Part shown: positions 24,322 through 25,460 of the stretch, piece after piece
How the letters are laid out: every line of letters starts with the position of its first letter
Position numbering within the stretch: the first letter of the stretch is position 1
Origin: an uncultured Deferribacteres bacterium
Lineage (GTDB): Bacteria > Zhuqueibacterota > Zhuqueibacteria > Zhuqueibacterales > Geothermadaptataceae
Assembly: GCA_964014485.1 (NCBI GenBank)
Contig: CAXHAT010000116.1
Span: forward strand, 1 to 25,460
Direction of reading: 5' to 3'
Length of the DNA: 25,460 nt
Notes under the pieces: model-generated
What the model saw: only the letters and a program-made list of their open reading frames with translations
The model's database searches: none
What the model was told of the DNA's origin: nothing
Position numbers and translations under genes: made by a program

Positions 24322-25305
24322 TTATTCCAAAGTTATCACCACGTTTCCTTTTTTACGTCCTTTATCGACATATCTGTGCGCTTCGACGATTTGCTCCAGC
24401 GGATAGCTTCGGTCGATGACGGGTTTTAGCTTTCCCGATTCGAGCAGTTCTTTGAGAAAAACCAAATTCTCCTTTTTCTCGCTCGCCATGCCGCCCCCGC
24501 CAATCGCTTTCTTCCCGCCTGTCATTGAAGTCAGGAACATTTGCAAAAACTGCGGCAACCCCGCCGCGACCATTAACAACTTTCCCTTTGGCTTTAACGA
24601 ACTTTTGCACCGCGAAAACGACACGTTTCCGACCGTATCCAAAATGAGATCGTAGGTCTCGCCGCTTTTGCAAAAATCGTCCTCGGTGTAATCGATGACC
24701 TTGTCAGCGCCAAGCGATTTCACCAATTCAAGATTCGTCGTGCTGCACACGCCGGTCGCTTCCGCTCCGAAGTGTTTGGCAAGTTGAACCCCCGCCGCGC
24801 CAACGCTGCCGGAAGCGCCGTTGACAAGGATTTTTTGGCCGTTTTGAATCTCTCCCAATTCTCTGAGAAAATACAGAGCGGTCGACGCGCCGTTGGGAGA
24901 AGCGGCGGCCTCCTCAAAAGTCAAGTTGGCCGGTTTTAACGTGATCGCGCCCTTCTCCGGTATGGTTTTATACTCAGCATAAGCGCCAATTCCATCGCCG
25001 TCAATGCCGAAAATTTCATTTCCGACCTTGAACGACTCCACATCTTTGCCCACCGACTCGATGACTCCGGCAAACTCAAATCCCAATATTTTTTTCCGGG
25101 GTTTTGTAAAGCCAAACATGAGCCGGGCAACGAATTTGAGTCCGCGCGGCACAAAGATAAATCCGCGCACATTTACGTCGCCGGTCGCTACCGTGGTCGC
25201 GTGGATTTTCACCAGCACTTCATCATCTTTGGGAGCGGGTTTTTCCACTTCCCTGAGTTGTAGCACCTCCGGCGGGCCGTATTTTTCATAGACAACTGCT
25301 TTCAT
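24322..25305 (-). CDS. NAD(P)-dependent MDR-family oxidoreductase (zinc-free, quinone reductase-like)
   Basis: MKAVVYEKYGPPEVL, ILGFEFAG, GAYAEY, NGASGSVG, LGADKVIDY, PVIDRSYPL, KGNVVI. Confidence 0.95.
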   Translation of the reverse strand: MKAVVYEKYGPPEVLQLREVEKPAPKDDEVLVKIHATTVATGDVNVRGFIFVPRGLKFVARLMFGFTKPRKKILGFEFAGVIESVGKDVESFKVGNEIFGIDGDGIGAYAEYKTIPEKGAITLKPANLTFEEAAASPNGASTALYFLRELGEIQNGQKILVNGASGSVGAAGVQLAKHFGAEATGVCSTTNLELVKSLGADKVIDYTEDDFCKSGETYDLILDTVGNVSFSRCKSSLKPKGKLLMVAAGLPQFLQMFLTSMTGGKKAIGGGGMASEKKENLVFLKELLESGKLKPVIDRSYPLEQIVEAHRYVDKGRKKGNVVITLE

Positions 25306-25366
25306 AATATTTTGGTTCTATGTCGTTTTGTGTGGGTAAATCATTTTTGTACTTGATCATTTCTCT

Positions 25367-25460
25367 ACGCCGAAGGCGTTTTACTATACAGCCCAGGGTA
25401 TGCCCGTGGAACGGCATACCCTGGGACTGCGTCGGCGGAAAATGGAAACTCTGAAAGAGT
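25367..25460. repeat. REP-like multi-hairpin element (AGCCCAGGGT type), truncated by the window edge
   Basis: ACGCC-GAA-GGCGT; 13-bp stem CCCAGGGTATGCC/GGCATACCCTGGG 25392-25425; ACTCT-GAA-AGAGT. Confidence 0.7.

Noticed and set aside
181..25291. The many + strand ORFs in the track (e.g. 8636-9361, 11667-12356, 19950-20624, 21905-22504)
   Set aside because: Antisense shadows of well-supported - strand genes, with no recognisable motifs or RBS.
2093..25305. Integron cassette array (co-oriented short genes separated by palindromes)
   Set aside because: The repeats lack the RYYYAAC...GTTRRRY attC boundaries, belong to many unrelated families and have TIR/target-duplication signatures. Many genes overlap with no spacer, nadA is housekeeping, and no intI is present.

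Overview
Bacterial chromosomal window, probably from a diderm FCB-adjacent lineage such as KSB1 or Calditrichota (low-confidence inference from PorT-like, DUF4920 and lipoprotein content). About 28 mostly short, functionally unrelated genes all lie on the - strand. They include a large secreted repeat protein running off the left edge (missed by the ORF track), two GyrI-like proteins, two DUF4440/NTF2-like paralogs, a serine hydrolase, a PorT-like barrel, a run of metal transporter, nadA, ferritin-like, cytochrome c and SecDF-head genes, an Ntn-hydrolase, UspA, an FAD monooxygenase, a YncE propeller and an MDR dehydrogenase. The most unusual content is intergenic. (1) A 286-nt highly structured element at 3454-3739 has a closing stem, five or more hairpins, a possible pseudoknot and G-U pairs favouring the + strand. 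(2) Five copies of a non-autonomous element with CTGATGTTACGC-type terminal inverted repeats (TIRs) each wrap a REP-like palindrome; three have 7-8 bp target duplications, and the copies occur in tandem and nested arrangements with different cargoes. (3) A second TIR shell family also carries REP-like cargo. (4) A palindromic repeat appears to be read in frame within a lipoprotein signal peptide. No transposase, integrase, reverse transcriptase or cas gene is present in the window.
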